Below, in pieces: positions 1 through 12,544 of a stretch of DNA of 64,000 nt. A program made the position numbers and the translations under genes. The stretch lies in contig OZ024743.1 in assembly GCA_964016885.1 (NCBI GenBank), positions 67,518,001 through 67,582,000 of the forward strand, given 5' to 3'. Source of the DNA: Eledone cirrhosa (lineage: Eukaryota). Every line of letters starts with the position of its first letter. Position 1 is the first letter of the stretch. Below the pieces are notes generated by a model. It was not told the DNA's origin. It did not search any database and saw only the letters and a program-made list of their open reading frames with translations.

Positions 1-286
1 AACACACACATACACACACTCACACACTCACTCACACACACACACACTCACATACACACTCACACACACACTCACACACTCACACACATGCACTTACACA
101 CACACACATCACACATACACATACATACACTCACACACATACTCACACACACACTCACACACTCACACACACACTCACACACATATATACACTCACACAC
201 ACTCACCCACACACACATACATACACACACACTCATACACAATCACACACACACTCACACATACACTCACACATACACTCACATAT
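1..286. repeat. Degenerate (CA)n/(CACT)n microsatellite
   Basis: Continuous acacac/actcac/atacac low-complexity tract; ORF 88..291 is its translation. Confidence 0.95.
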
Positions 287-545
287 TCTAAGGGCTTTAA
301 CGTGTGACGAAGTCTAAAATACAAAATGTTTTCCAGTATAATACATTATCTTCTCTCAATTGGTGGTACCAATGTAGATTTCTAACACTGTGACAAGGCC
401 ACACACAGTTTCTATAACAGCAGTAGTGGAGTATAGAACATTGCACTTACTCTTCATTAATAAAGGGAAAAAAAGTTTGTAAAATATTCCAGAAATTCAG
501 TATATAATAACTGCATGTACATACGTATAGGTATAGGCATATATA

Positions 546-930
546 TACGCTCGGGTCCCAAATATTGTTGGGGAGAGGAATCTGTTTGGAATAAGCGGGA
601 GTTGGTGGAGTTGGATATTTGCTTAAATTCTTTTAAGTGTTGGGTGGTGGAATAAACGGTGTGGGGGATCGGTAATTGTTAGTGTATGTTCGTAAATATG
701 GGATTTCTCGTAATGTTCTTTGGTCATATATAACGTGGCCTTAATGTAAAATAAAATTATTATTAGATTCTTCAGATGATGTATCGATATGAATCACTTA
801 CAATAAAACTTCACCGGATATAGATTAGCAACATTTGATAAGCGTGGTGGGGGGATAAAGCGGGGTTATTGGAAAACAATCTGAAAAATTAATAAGCGGT
901 GGAGGGAAACTTGTTAAAAACCTGAGATTA
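546..930. mobile_element. Possible decayed MITE
   Basis: Left end tacgctcgggtcccaaata is only weakly complementary to right end ttgttaaaaacctgagatta; internal repeated aataagcgg(g/t) motifs. TIR match is poor. Confidence 0.3.
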
Positions 931-1125
931 TGTGCATGTATAACTCAAAACAGACAGATCTTCACATGCAAAAACACATACAGACGTACAGAATTTCCTT
1001 TTATATGCTGTCTAAATTCCAAAGAAAGAGTCTCATATCTGTTTTATAAACCTGACGTTGCTCTATTTGTGAGAAATTAATAACAAACACAAAGCCAGTA
1101 TAAAATCATACATTCAAACATACAT

Positions 1126-1541
1126 AATGGCTGCAACTGGATTTCGGACGCGGCTTTTTAGTCTTCCTAGGGACTTGCATTTGGCCAGCAATACCATGCA
1201 TCGAACAAATATCACACATCAAGCGATATGTGCTTGAAGATATTTTAAGTGAGAAAGGACTATGCACGGAGCCAATCGATTGCATTTGCCAAAAATAATA
1301 ATTGGTCTACATCATTGGATGCAAATTAAGTCGCAGTACAACTTATGCATAGTCGGGTCATCGGCGACCAAGCGGCAACCCCACCAAGCTTGCTTGGTGG
1401 GGTGGGTGATAGTTAGACACCCTGCAGAATGAAAAACAATACCCGTCAAATGTCGGAGGAATTTAGGAGTCATCGGCCATTTTATTTTTATTTTGAGCCA
1501 GAGACTCCTAGTCTTCATTAAGACATCTCTCTAGTAGAAGG
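1126..1541 (+). mobile_element. RTE-type retrotransposon 5' UTR fragment, copy 1
   Basis: ggcgaccaagcggcaaccccaccaagcttgcttggtgggg...ctgcagaatgaaaaacaatacccgtcaaa...ctctagtagaagg is homologous to the inverted copy at 1800-2145. RTE assignment is from recalled similarity of the tctaggagaaggaaaactctg block to RTE 5' UTRs. Confidence 0.5.
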
Positions 1542-1570
1542 TCACATACATGCATACATATATACATCCA

Positions 1571-1700
1571 TATGGTGGCTACCAACTCGTTTTCGAGTGC
1601 GGCCACTACATTATATCCATGTAGGAGAACCCCTGCCGATGCGCTGAACGAGTGTGACATTTTAGACCAACCAGCGACTTGAAAACTCTGGTACAAACAC
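1571..1700 (+). repeat. Dispersed repeat starting with hairpin ggtggctrccaactcgttttcgagtrcggccact
   Basis: The same ~50 nt recur at 11424-11474; forms ggtggct/ggccact and actcg/cgagt stems. Confidence 0.6.
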
Positions 1701-1799
1701 TACACTTATGACAATTATTGACACATAGTACTGGTACTATGGTACCATGTGACGACAAGTGCAGAGAGATCTCCAGATATAAAGAAATGCCTGTGCCGT

Positions 1800-2145
1800 G
1801 AAGCTTTTATAGTGAGCAAAGGCACTGCACAAAGCCAGTCCCACTCTCTTAACCAAGATGATATTTACCAAAAAGAAGAACAAGTCAACATCATTGGATA
1901 CCATCAGGGTTGCAGGTGTTATATCAGAGTTTTCCTTCTCCTAGAATTCTGCCTTGACAAAGACTAAGGGGTCATCTCTCCCGGTGATTTTGGATGGCCA
2001 TTGACTCTTAAGAGCTCCTTTGCCCTTTGACAGGTTTTGTTTTTAGTCCTGCATGATGTCCAAAGTCACCCTCCTCACCAAGAAACCTTGGTGGGGTTGC
2101 CAGTTTAGTCGCCAAGGACACGATCATGAGACAGGTTGTACTGGG
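1800..2145 (-). mobile_element. RTE-type retrotransposon 5' UTR fragment, copy 2
   Basis: Reverse strand reads cgtgtccttggcgactaaactggcaaccccaccaaggtttcttggtgaggagggtgac...caggactaaaaacaaaacctgtcaaagggc...tctaggagaaggaaaactctgat. Confidence 0.55.
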
Positions 2146-2604
2146 ATACATGTTACCAGTAGCACCAACTGGTGACCTGACATACATACATACATACATC
2201 CATACATACATACATACATCCATACATACATCCATACATACGCAACTAGTTCACAGAAACAGAAAGAACACAACTAGTTAGGAAATTACAAGTACAATCC
2301 ATTAATGGAACAGTAAAAATATGTAAAACATTCCAAATAGTGTGCATCTAATAACTGCATATACGCATGTACAGATACAAAGCATATACACATTCACACA
2401 TAGAGCTCAAAACATACACATCCACGCATACAATAACATCCATACCTACACATGCATGCATACAGACATGCAAACATATCTACCTAGTTGATGTTGTGTA
2501 AATTCCACAACAGAATGTCTTGTAACTATTAGCAAAAATTTGTGAAATTATAAAACCATAAGAACATACATACATACATACATACATACATAAATAAGGA
2601 ACGA

Positions 2605-2816
2605 TCGACATTCCCCAAATCGGACCAAGGACACAATGTTTCCCTTGGTCTTTCCACTTGCTAATACTATCTATCGGTCGCAACTCCAGGTAGAAGGAGC
2701 AGCGTGAAATAAAGTGTATTGCTCAAGGACATAACGCATCACCTGGTCCAGGAATTGAATTCACAACCTCACAATTGCGAATCCAATTCTCTAACCACTC
2801 AGCCACACGCCTTCAT
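2605..2816 (-). mobile_element. tRNA-derived CORE-like SINE (family A)
   Basis: Reverse strand: tgaaggcgtgtggctgagtggttagag (A box)...gaattcaattcctgg (B box)...tgtccttgagcaatacactttatttcacg (CORE-like block). Confidence 0.8.
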
Positions 2817-3106
2817 ACATACATTAATTTTCGGTGTATTTATGGAATATTATTGTTTGCTAGGTTCTCAGCCTGTTTTTTAATTCTGTTCCCAACTTGT
2901 TCAAAATCAAGGATGTGTTTCTGGATCTCATAATAATGTTGGCTGACTTCCTGTCTAACATCAATTTACAGGCCCATAGCCGATCTTGAACTACACGTTA
3001 ACAAATACAAGACCCCCCACCACAATCACTTCCCTTACAACCATTTCTCTTGGATACCATCAACAACACCATCACCATCACTAACATCACCACCACAAAT
3101 ACCAAT

Positions 3107-3328
3107 AATGGTTTCTTATATAGGCACAAGGTCAGCAATTTTGGTGGGAGGGAAAAGTCGATTAAATCGACACCAGTGCGTGACTGATACTTTATTTTAT
3201 CGACCCCGTAAGGGTGAAAGGCAAAATTAATCTCGGCGGGATTTGAACTCAGACCGTAAAGGACCATAACTATATGCTGCAAAGCATGGTGTCAGACGCT
3301 CTACCGAGTCTGACAATCCACCACCCTT
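3107..3328 (-). mobile_element. tRNA-derived MetaSINE-like SINE (family B, long form)
   Basis: Reverse strand: ggtggtggattgtcagactcggtagagcg...gagttcaaatcccgccgag...gcctttcacccttacggggtcgataaaataaagta; many homologous copies in the window. Confidence 0.85.
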
Positions 3329-4175
3329 AATACCAATAATAACAAAACAAAAAAAAAAACATTGGCAACAGTCACTCTAAACACCATCACCACCAGTGAC
3401 ACCAACACCACTATAACTATAACCACGATACCACAACTCCACCATATCACTACCCCCACTATACAACTACCCTCACCACACCACCATCCAATGATACGAC
3501 AAACCCTCCATATCACACTCACCACTACCATCCCGCCACTCCAATGCCAATATCTGGTATGATAACAGTGTTTGACATTCCTGTCTTCTCAAAGAACATT
3601 GTTACCTCCCCATCCCCGAAACCTTTTTTTTTTTAAATAAAAATATGTAAAGTGGAATGATTCCGGTACTTAACCGAGATTTGAAACAGTTTCACTGAAA
3701 TGGCGCCCCTGGAGTATAATTGTTCGGATTTGATGAGATTAACAGAGTGAAAAGAGGCGGTGTTTGTGGTTAGTTCATATTAGCTCTGACTCTACTCCTT
3801 CTCCTTCCCTTCCTGGTCTCTTTCCACCACACATTCACCATTTCCAACTGTTTTATCTGATATATATCGCATGGAGGAGGGGTGGGTACCAGTATGTAGA
3901 AGACTAGCACTAAAATAACCGGAGAAATGGAACACACACTCTCCAAGACTCCAGGTTTCGAGGTCTACAGTCTCTCAACCCCTCTATTCTACCCTTACAC
4001 GCATTTCTTCATGCTCCCATGGGTGAAGGGCTCTGTAAGGAGGGGGAAGGGAGTCAGTGTTTATTGAAAAGAAGAACTGGCCATCCGTGACATGTGTTTA
4101 TCTGTTTTGCTAAACTTTCAGAATAGACAACACACTGACTCTGTGTCTGTCTGCCTGTCTATTTACCGTGAAACT

Positions 4176-4178
<3 letters not shown>

Positions 4179-4260
<82 letters not shown>

Positions 4261-4335
4261 GAGTGAGAGAGAGAATGTGAGAGAGATAAAATGTGTGAGA
4301 GAGAGAATGAGCGGGAGAGAATGAGAGAGGGAGAC

Positions 4336-4416
<81 letters not shown>

Positions 4417-4491
4417 GAGTGAGAGAGAGAATGTGAGAGAGATAAAATGTGTGAGAGAGAGAATGAGCGGGAGAGAATGAGAGAGGGAGAC

Positions 4492-4561
<70 letters not shown>

Positions 4562-4770
4562 AGAGAGAGAGAAAGAACATGTGTGAGAGAGAGAATCAGA
4601 GAGAGCTAGAGAGAGAGAAAGCGAATGTGTGAGAGAGACAGACAAAGAGAATGTGTATGGATGAGAAGACAGCAGAGAGAGATTTTGCGGGAGAGAAGAG
4701 AAAGAAAGAAAGAGAGAAAGTGTGTGAGAGAGAGCGGGGAAAATGTGTGGAAGAGAATGTGAGAGAGAAA
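4179..4770. repeat. (GA)n compound microsatellite with internal ~156-bp tandem duplication
   Basis: Block gactgtgagtgagagagagaatgtgagagagataaaatgtgtg...gggagactgtgtg is identical at ~4255 and ~4411. Confidence 0.9.
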
Positions 4771-4799
4771 CCTACTAAGAGATATAAACATGCGTAAAT

Positions 4800-5016
4800 T
4801 TCATAGCATAGGCAAAAATCCAGTAATTTTTATTATGAATGAGGGAAATGTCGATTATATTGACCTTAGGTCTTGTCTGATGCTGTGTTTTATGGAACCC
4901 AGAAGGATATAAACTAAAACTGACATCGGGCAGATTGGAAACCAAAGCGTACAGGATCGTAATGAAATATTGCAATGTATTTTATTCGACTCACTAATGA
5001 TTCTGTCAATCCACCG
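4800..5016 (-). mobile_element. Old, diverged family B SINE
   Basis: gtcgattatattgacc...ggaacccagaaggat...gattctgtcaatccaccg is collinear with the family B consensus. Confidence 0.6.
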
Positions 5017-5296
5017 GAGAGTTTATAAGGAGATCTTGGTCGATTTCATTAAGAATGAGTACTTAATTCATTTGCTCGAACAATTTCAATTTTTACTCAT
5101 TAATTTTTTTTCCTCGTTACTGCAATGAATTATACACAATTTAATAAATGAGTAACAACATAAATGAATGTCTATAACATAATTAGAAAAACATTACACA
5201 TATTTCAAAAACGGAAAATAAAGAGAAAAGCCAAGGCTGTAGGACCACAGGAGAATGAGAGGGGGAAGGGGGAGGGTGATAAGCTCTGGGCCTCGG

Positions 5297-5466
5297 CCGC
5301 CATGTTTTCAGCATAATTACGTTCCTTTATGTTCTGAGTTCAAATGTCGCCAAGGTTAACTTTGCCTTTCATCCATCCTTATGGGGTCGATAACAGAAAG
5401 TACCAGTAATGCACTGTGTAATTGCTGGTCTTGTGCCAAAGTAGAAACAATTATTATTATTATTAT
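5297..5466 (+). mobile_element. Family B SINE (short form, 5' truncated)
   Basis: ctgagttcaaatgtcgccaaggttaactttgcctttcatcc...ggggtcgataa...gtagaaacaa plus (TTA)n tail. Confidence 0.85.
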
Positions 5467-6928
5467 TTAAAATATCTACACAGATGTAAGTCGTTAACAT
5501 GTTGATTACATTGTTTGCGGTATTCTTTACTTCTCTCTGAGTTCAAAACTATGTCTTTCGAGGTCGATAAAAGGATCACCAGTCCTATTCTGACGTCGAT
5601 TTTGCCCTTATATCTCTCTTCCTATCTACCACTCATTCGCCCCCTCGATCGAAGAAAACGCTGTTTTGGGCTCCTGGAAAGTTGATGGGCTTCACTAGAT
5701 TTATAAGGCCCTTCACAATCCATATGTCACGACGGTACCCCTATTCCTCCATAAAGAATGACGGGTTCATACATACTACACGAATATAGTTTTCCATTGT
5801 GACTATCTGCTGACGATGCCTGACTTTTGCTTGCCTTTGTTTTTGTTTTCCTCATTTATCATTTTTTTTTGTTATTATTATGCCACTAAGGTGAAGAAAA
5901 TGAATAAATCTGATTGGTTAAAATTAGTTTTTAAAATACTTAAACCTTTAAAGGGCCATACATTTTATATTATATATCTCACTCAAAAGCAGCTTGCAAA
6001 AAATGTGTGATAGCATACAAAAGATTGGACACGGTTCGTCATGACAATAAGAATTGCAGCTTTTTGTGAAATACTGGTAAAGATCCAATGTGGATGCCTT
6101 AGACAAAACCTCCATCTTCAGATACATAATTTGTCGTCTGAGTCAACCTTTAACCAGAACTACCAATCTAGATATAGTGGACTTAATGATCCTATATTAG
6201 TTTTGTTGTGATACTAGTTTTACAAAAACATCATGTCAGCACATCTGAAACATCAGACAATTTTTTTATTAAATCAATTAATATCACTAATTTGTTAGAT
6301 AAAAGCATTAAATGTACAATAGAAATATTAATCATCTTTATTAGTAGCCTAATTTTAAGCTAAAGTAACTTCGTTCAAGAGAAGTATGCCAAGCTGTGTT
6401 CTCAGTTCTTCTGCATCGTTCGCAAATAAAAAGAATTGACGTGTTAGCATAATTATATATACTAGCAGAAAAACCACGATATGGGTGGTTTTCTGCTACC
6501 ATGTGTAGTATATATATTGATATTATACACACATATATATGCATGTAAATATGATACATCAAATAAAATCGTAATTGACAATATACACAGAAATACACAG
6601 AAATTGAACAAAGTCTATGTTACACTGTCTTCTGTAATCAGTAATCCATGATATATAAAAAAAAAAAAAAGACGACATTATATATAAACTACATTAGGAG
6701 AAAATTAGCTACGGAAATATATACGATTGTAAGTGTTATAATATAACGGCCGCTAACAGGAAGTGTTGACATTTGATAATTTTAAAGAATTGAATTTTAA
6801 AGATCTTTAAATAAGCTATAAAATATATTAAATCAACACCCACGAAATTTAGCACATAAACTATGTAATATCCATTCATTATTTATTCAAAGTAATGAAT
6901 GAATATTACATAGTTTATGTGCTAAATT

Positions 6929-7110
6929 GCGGTGGATTGGCAGTAGTGTGTCGGACGCCATGCTTTCCAGCATAGTTACGTCCCTTTATGATCTGATTTC
7001 TAATCCCGCCGAGGTTGACTTTGCCTTTCATCCTTACGGGGTCGATAAAATAAAGTACCAGTAATGCACTGGGTAATTGCTGGCCTTGTGCCTAAAGTAG
7101 AAACAATTAT
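6929..7110 (+). mobile_element. Family B SINE (short form) with 19-bp TSD
   Basis: Near full head to tail; attatttattcaaagtaat (6878-6896) vs attatttattcaaggtaat (7106-7124). Confidence 0.9.
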
Positions 7111-7194
7111 TTATTCAAGGTAATCCAACTTATTTTGCAAACGGCGTAAAAATTATATTCTGGGCGTAATCCCGCAGACCTTCCTTTATTATAG

Positions 7195-7279
<85 letters not shown>

Positions 7280-7381
7280 ATGTGTGTGTGTGTGTGTAAA
7301 AGGTAAACCGAAATAACAACACGTTCGGTACAGTATATCGAAGGGATATATTAGGTTAACGCTTGATATAGCAGGAAGAGT

Positions 7382-7410
7382 GTCTTAACGTTTCGGACGC
7401 TAGTCCTTCA
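7382..7410 (-). ncRNA. Truncated hammerhead ribozyme remnant
   Basis: Reverse strand TGA-aggactagcgtcc-GAAA-cgt-TA-agac; the CTGA half is replaced by (TG)n. Confidence 0.45.
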
Positions 7411-7431
7411 CACACATACACACACACGCAC

Positions 7432-7469
<38 letters not shown>

Positions 7470-7850
7470 CTGTGTATATATATATATATATATATATAAG
7501 TAGTAACACAAATTCTAATTTTCAGTTTCTGCTTAACCGGCAAACGCTCTGTATAATCAGTTCCTGATTATTACTAGAATTCTATAAGAATCAAACATTC
7601 ATGATTTTCAGCAAACAGGTGGAGTACTTGGCTTTGATAAGTACCAATCAGTACGAAACAGAGCTTTGTCAGCTTTATCTCCCCTGTTTGCTGAAAATTT
7701 AAAGTGAGACACACTACTCTAAAACAATTGCGCAAGGTCTTCGAAATGCTTTTAATTATATATACATACATTCATATATAGACATATGTATGTGTGTGTG
7801 TCTGTATTGCTATATATAAATATATTCTTATAAATATAAATATAAATATA

Positions 7851-7951
<101 letters not shown>

Positions 7952-8761
7952 TTATATTTATTTTTTTTTTTTTCATATAATGAGGTGAGTCATAGAAATT
8001 CTATTTTATTCTTATGATACGACAATACGAATTGGTTGATTGAAAGAAATGTCTATTATCGTGACAGCAGAACTGTCTTCTTGCTTAAAATAAGGGACAA
8101 AATAGAAAATTAAGCAGCGCCAGATCTTTCACTACTCGATAATATAAATTAGCAGAAAAATAACGACTACTTTTGTAAGTAGTAAGCAATGTATATGTAA
8201 CCGATACCAAGCCATCATAACGGGGGTTTAAATGATGAGTACGCCTCACTAAACACAAATCGTATAATCCTCTTGAATGCCATGGACTGTATATGATATA
8301 CTCTGAAATCTATTCTAAAGTGTTGATAAGCAATTCAAAACCAATTTAAAGTTAATCGTTGTGTAAACAAATGTCAGTCATCATTTTAGCTCCTAATTCT
8401 GGCACGAAGAATTTCGTTTCTACGACTGTTATGAAATCATTTTAGTATAAAGTACTCTTTTTTGTCTTTTACTTGCGTGTGTGTATGTGTGTGTGTGAAT
8501 CACAAATAGGCTGTATAGATTATGATGATAATATAAGGCTGAAATAGTCACAGCAATTTTGAAGAACACGTAGACATAAATAGTTCCGGCTCATCAGATG
8601 TTTACAAGACGTGTTTGTAGTTTCGAGGGTTAGAAGGTTTTAGTCTTCCCAAAGGATACAAAGAAAGCAACAACCATTTCCCAAGAAATGGCTCAGTCAG
8701 ACCGAATTGACGACCTCGTGGTTGCAAAGCAAACTCCTTAAAATCTGGCCATGACTGCGTC

Positions 8762-9512
8762 CAAACACACACACATACGTATTTACACACATACACATTT
8801 ATACACATATATATATATACACACATTTACAATCTTATTCACACATACATATATATATATACACACATATACAATCTTATTCACACATACATGCGTGGAT
8901 TCACATACTTCTTTACACATCCGTATATGTTTACATACTCACATGTTTACTCAAACAAAACTGTTTACACAAACAAGCATCTTTACACACATACATTCTT
9001 ACACACGTATACATATTTACACATATATACATGTTTACATACACACATGTCTCCACACACATACAGATTTACACAGACTTTCATGTTTATATACATATGT
9101 TTACATACATACAGATTTACGTACACACTGCTTCACACACATACATATTTACACACATATACATGTATACATACACACATGTTTACATACGCACATATTT
9201 ACACACAAATACATGTGTATACTCACATATATGTTTTCACACACGCCTACATGAAAACATATTTACATGCACATGTTTGCATACACACGTTTACACACAA
9301 ACATGTTTACACACAAACATATTTACACACAAACATATTTACACACAAACATGTTTACATGCATTTACATGCTTTCATACACACGTCTACATACACGTGT
9401 TTACATACACACATGTTTATACACAGACGTGTTTACATATACATACATCTTTACACACACTTGTTTACACACTCATACATGGTTACACGTACACACATAG
9501 TCACTTACACAC
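8762..9512. repeat. Degenerate CA/TA-rich minisatellite (catgtttacacacaaa-like units)
   Basis: Repeated cat(g/a)tttacacaca motifs; ORFs 8751-9526 are its translations. Confidence 0.9.
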
Positions 9513-9551
9513 GCTATAATAAATAGAACGCTAAACGGGACAAGAAACAAT

Positions 9552-9824
9552 ACATCGATATATTATATCGACTCCAGTATTTGATTGGTACTTTATTTTA
9601 TCGGTTTCACAATGATGAAAGAAGAAGACACCTGGTGTCCTTGGCCCTCGGACCACCTCCCTATTCCCCACCATCGGCAAGGAGTTGGCTACACGCAGGT
9701 GTGAGTCTCGCGAGTTGGAATATCTCCCCCATAGCGTCTCCATCACCAACCTTCTCTATTCTGTCTGCCCGGGCCCTTGGGGCGACCAGCGCATGGACCC
9801 CTATTTGCTCATAATAGAGAGAGA

Positions 9825-9890
<66 letters not shown>

Positions 9891-10011
9891 ATGAACGCAC
9901 ACACGGACTTGATAAGACTTGACCTTCTAGACATCGAGAAACTGACCACAGCATCATTTGAAATCAGAACGTAAAGAGTCTGAACACTCTACCGATTCTG
10001 CCAATCCACTG
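9552..10011 (-). mobile_element. Family B SINE interrupted by a ~315-bp insert
   Basis: SINE body ...ggtactttattttatcgg...gatgaaag ends ~9621 and resumes ~9937 with aactgacc...tttgaaatcagaacgtaaag...ctaccgattctgccaatccac. Confidence 0.65.
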
Positions 10012-10067
10012 CACTGGATAGATATGAGAATATAATACACCATAAACTGTGAATGGATGAATTTAAG

Positions 10068-10275
10068 GGTGATCAGAGCAGGAAATGTGTTTGATCATAG
10101 GTCATCTGGATCAGTACCAACATGGGATTAAAGTGTAAGAGAAAGAAAGTACATATTAGATAAAGTGGTATTAGGTACTCAATGTATAAAAAATAGAGTG
10201 ACGATCACAGCTGGAAATGACTTTGATCATAGTTCCGCTAGATCATGGCTAACATGGGACTAAGCAACAACAGCT
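10068..10275 (+). repeat. Two tandem copies of a dispersed SINE-tail-like repeat
   Basis: ggaaatg..tttgatcatag...aacatggga occurs twice and ends in (CAA)n; similar to 37700-37770. Confidence 0.55.
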
Positions 10276-10372
10276 GAATCTACGTATATATACGATTAAA
10301 CACGCACACACATACACGTGCACACTTATACATATAGACACAGACACGCGTGTTCATATATATATATATATA

Positions 10373-10468
<96 letters not shown>

Positions 10469-10553
10469 ATGTGTGTGTGTATCAGATAGTTCGGATCTAG
10501 CTTTCGAAACGGCCGGAGCTCAGCCGTCAAGGGTCCAGAATATACATATGTAT

Positions 10554-10660
<107 letters not shown>

Positions 10661-10706
10661 TATATACGATATTAACAAATGGAAACTATATTTATAAAAC
10701 CATATT

Positions 10707-10771
10707 TATTTCATTATACATATTTCAAGGATACCAAGTTAAATTATGGTATGCCTTCATCAGACAAAATA
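10707..10771 (-). ncRNA. Minimal type I hammerhead ribozyme (H1)
   Basis: Reverse complement of 10862-10926. Confidence 0.8.
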
Positions 10772-10861
10772 CAATATATCAGGATAGTGATGTCCTCCAA
10801 AAGTAATGGTCGCATTTTGAAAGGGTACGTCAACGCTTATTTATAAAACTGATATATATTG

Positions 10862-10926
10862 TATTTTGTCTGATGAAGGCATACCATAATTTAACTTGGT
10901 ATCCTTGAAATATGTATAATGAAATA
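10862..10926 (+). ncRNA. Minimal type I hammerhead ribozyme (H1)
   Basis: tattttgt-CTGATGA-aggcatacca..tggtatcctt-GAAA-tatgta-TA-atgaaata, overlapping aataaa. Confidence 0.8.
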
Positions 10927-11116
10927 AATATGGTTTTATAAATATAGTTTCCATTTGTTAATATCGTATATCTACTCCAAATACTTGTCGAGTGCTTTAC
11001 ATCAGTTATAAAAATATTTACTTCTTGTATCCCAACAATTTAAATAGAACTTTTGCATATATATATATATAGTGACGAAACATAAGTCAATTGCATGAAC
11101 TCATAATCCTTTATTT

Positions 11117-11170
11117 ACTGCTATATATATTTCGATGATAGCCATTGAATGGCTGACCTCATCAGGCAGT
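11117..11170 (-). ncRNA. Minimal type I hammerhead ribozyme (family H2)
   Basis: Reverse strand actgc-CTGATGA-ggtcagccattcaatggctatcatc-GAAA-tatata-TA-gcagt-aaataaa; perfect 5-bp stem I, palindromic stem III. Confidence 0.85.
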
Positions 11171-11290
11171 TAGTCAGTTCTTAGATATGCCAGCTCTGTG
11201 TTTATGGTGTTGATGGTAGGAAGCTCCAACCGGTAAGATTTCATTTTTTCAGGGTATGTCAATATTTATTTATAAAACTAATCTGTATTA

Positions 11291-11356
11291 TATTTTATTT
11301 GATGAAAGCGCATCATAATCTACCTTGGTGGCCCTTGAAATATGTATAGTGAAATA
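11291..11356 (+). ncRNA. Degenerate H1 hammerhead (C3U)
   Basis: tattttat-TTGATGA-aagcgcatca..tggtggccctt-GAAA-tatgta-TA-gtgaaata. Confidence 0.65.
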
Positions 11357-11388
11357 AATATGGTTTTATAGTTTCCATTTGTTAATAT

Positions 11389-11427
<39 letters not shown>

Positions 11428-11470
11428 TGGCTGCCAACTCGTTTTCGAGTACGGCCACTACTTTATATCC

Positions 11471-11539
<69 letters not shown>

Positions 11540-11584
11540 TATATATATATATATATATATGTACATACATACATATATACGCAA

Positions 11585-12443
11585 TGGACTCTCACCTCGA
11601 TTTTGACGTATGAGGATCCAAAGAACATATCCAGATCAATCAGTTTGGATATTCATGTCAGTTATGACATTTTGTTCCTGCCAATAGACCTGCATACTTG
11701 GCTAATGAGATCGTCAATCGCATATCAAAAGCAAATGATCGCTTTGACAAACTACGTCATTATCTACGGGGATTTCGAGGTATATCCATAAAAAAGAATG
11801 TTACAGCTTATCGAGCAGTTGTCCTGACAAAACACTTAGACTGCTCGGAGCCATGGACAATTTATTGCATCTACATTTATAAGGTTGATATACATTTATA
11901 AGTTTGATATCATCTACAAACAATGTCTTCGATCTATCCTTGGTTATGACATTTCTGACAAGATCTTCAATGCCAATCTCTTCACGGTGGGGAATGAGTC
12001 ATTTCTGAAGCATTCCCAACTCGTATGGGTAATACATGTCCTAGCGATGAGTACGAACCGCACTCCCAAGGTACTATTATAGAGATAACTTTATGTATCA
12101 ATTGTAGGCATATCATTACTCAGATTTAAGGACAAACAGCGGCACAATATTAAATCACTTCTTTTGGAACCCTAGATTCTGACCGTGGAAAATGGTGACC
12201 CGTATGTCATGAAGGTGTAAAGAACTATGAAAAATCTCGGCTGGTCGATCTACATGATCTACGATCTAATTTCAAGATACGATCGAATGTGACATCCAGT
12301 GCCACCCAAAACCGTGCCATCTGTACTAAATGCAGCTTCATCAGCAGCTATGTTCAAGTACCATATTAAACATAGCCATAAACATTTGAACTGAGAAAAC
12401 TGTGTAACACTCATACGTCGATGCACGACAGGAGAGTCCATCA
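11585..12443 (+). mobile_element. RTE (BovB-like) LINE 3' fragment, decayed
   Basis: Translated pieces [50 protein letters not shown] match the RTE C-terminal RT region; 3' end gacaggagagtccatcat is shared with 30060-30193. Confidence 0.75.
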
Positions 12444-12524
12444 TATATAAATATATGTATGTATGTATAAGTCCATGGACATATACATACATACATATAT
12501 TTATATATGATGGACTCTCCTGTC
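12427..12524. repeat. 98-bp near-perfect palindrome
   Basis: 43-bp perfect arms around a-gtccatggac-a. Confidence 0.95.
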
Positions 12525-12544
12525 CGAGACGGTCCAGGTTGGTT

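Larger units (their letters stand above)
10662..11056. mobile_element. ORF-less PLE pLTR-like unit (family H1) as a fold-back pair
   Basis: Arms 10662-10782 and 10849-10971 are nearly perfect reverse complements; flanked by (TA)n; homologues at 11250-11390 and 61558-61868. Confidence 0.8.

Noticed and set aside
3330-3560. Thr/His-rich mucin-like ORF (also 34814-35458)
   Set aside because: Degenerate trinucleotide low-complexity tracts without splice or homology support.
8509-8600. TGATGA..GAAAtagTCacagc and a nearby minus-strand CTGATGA
   Set aside because: Core and stems too degenerate to fold as a hammerhead.
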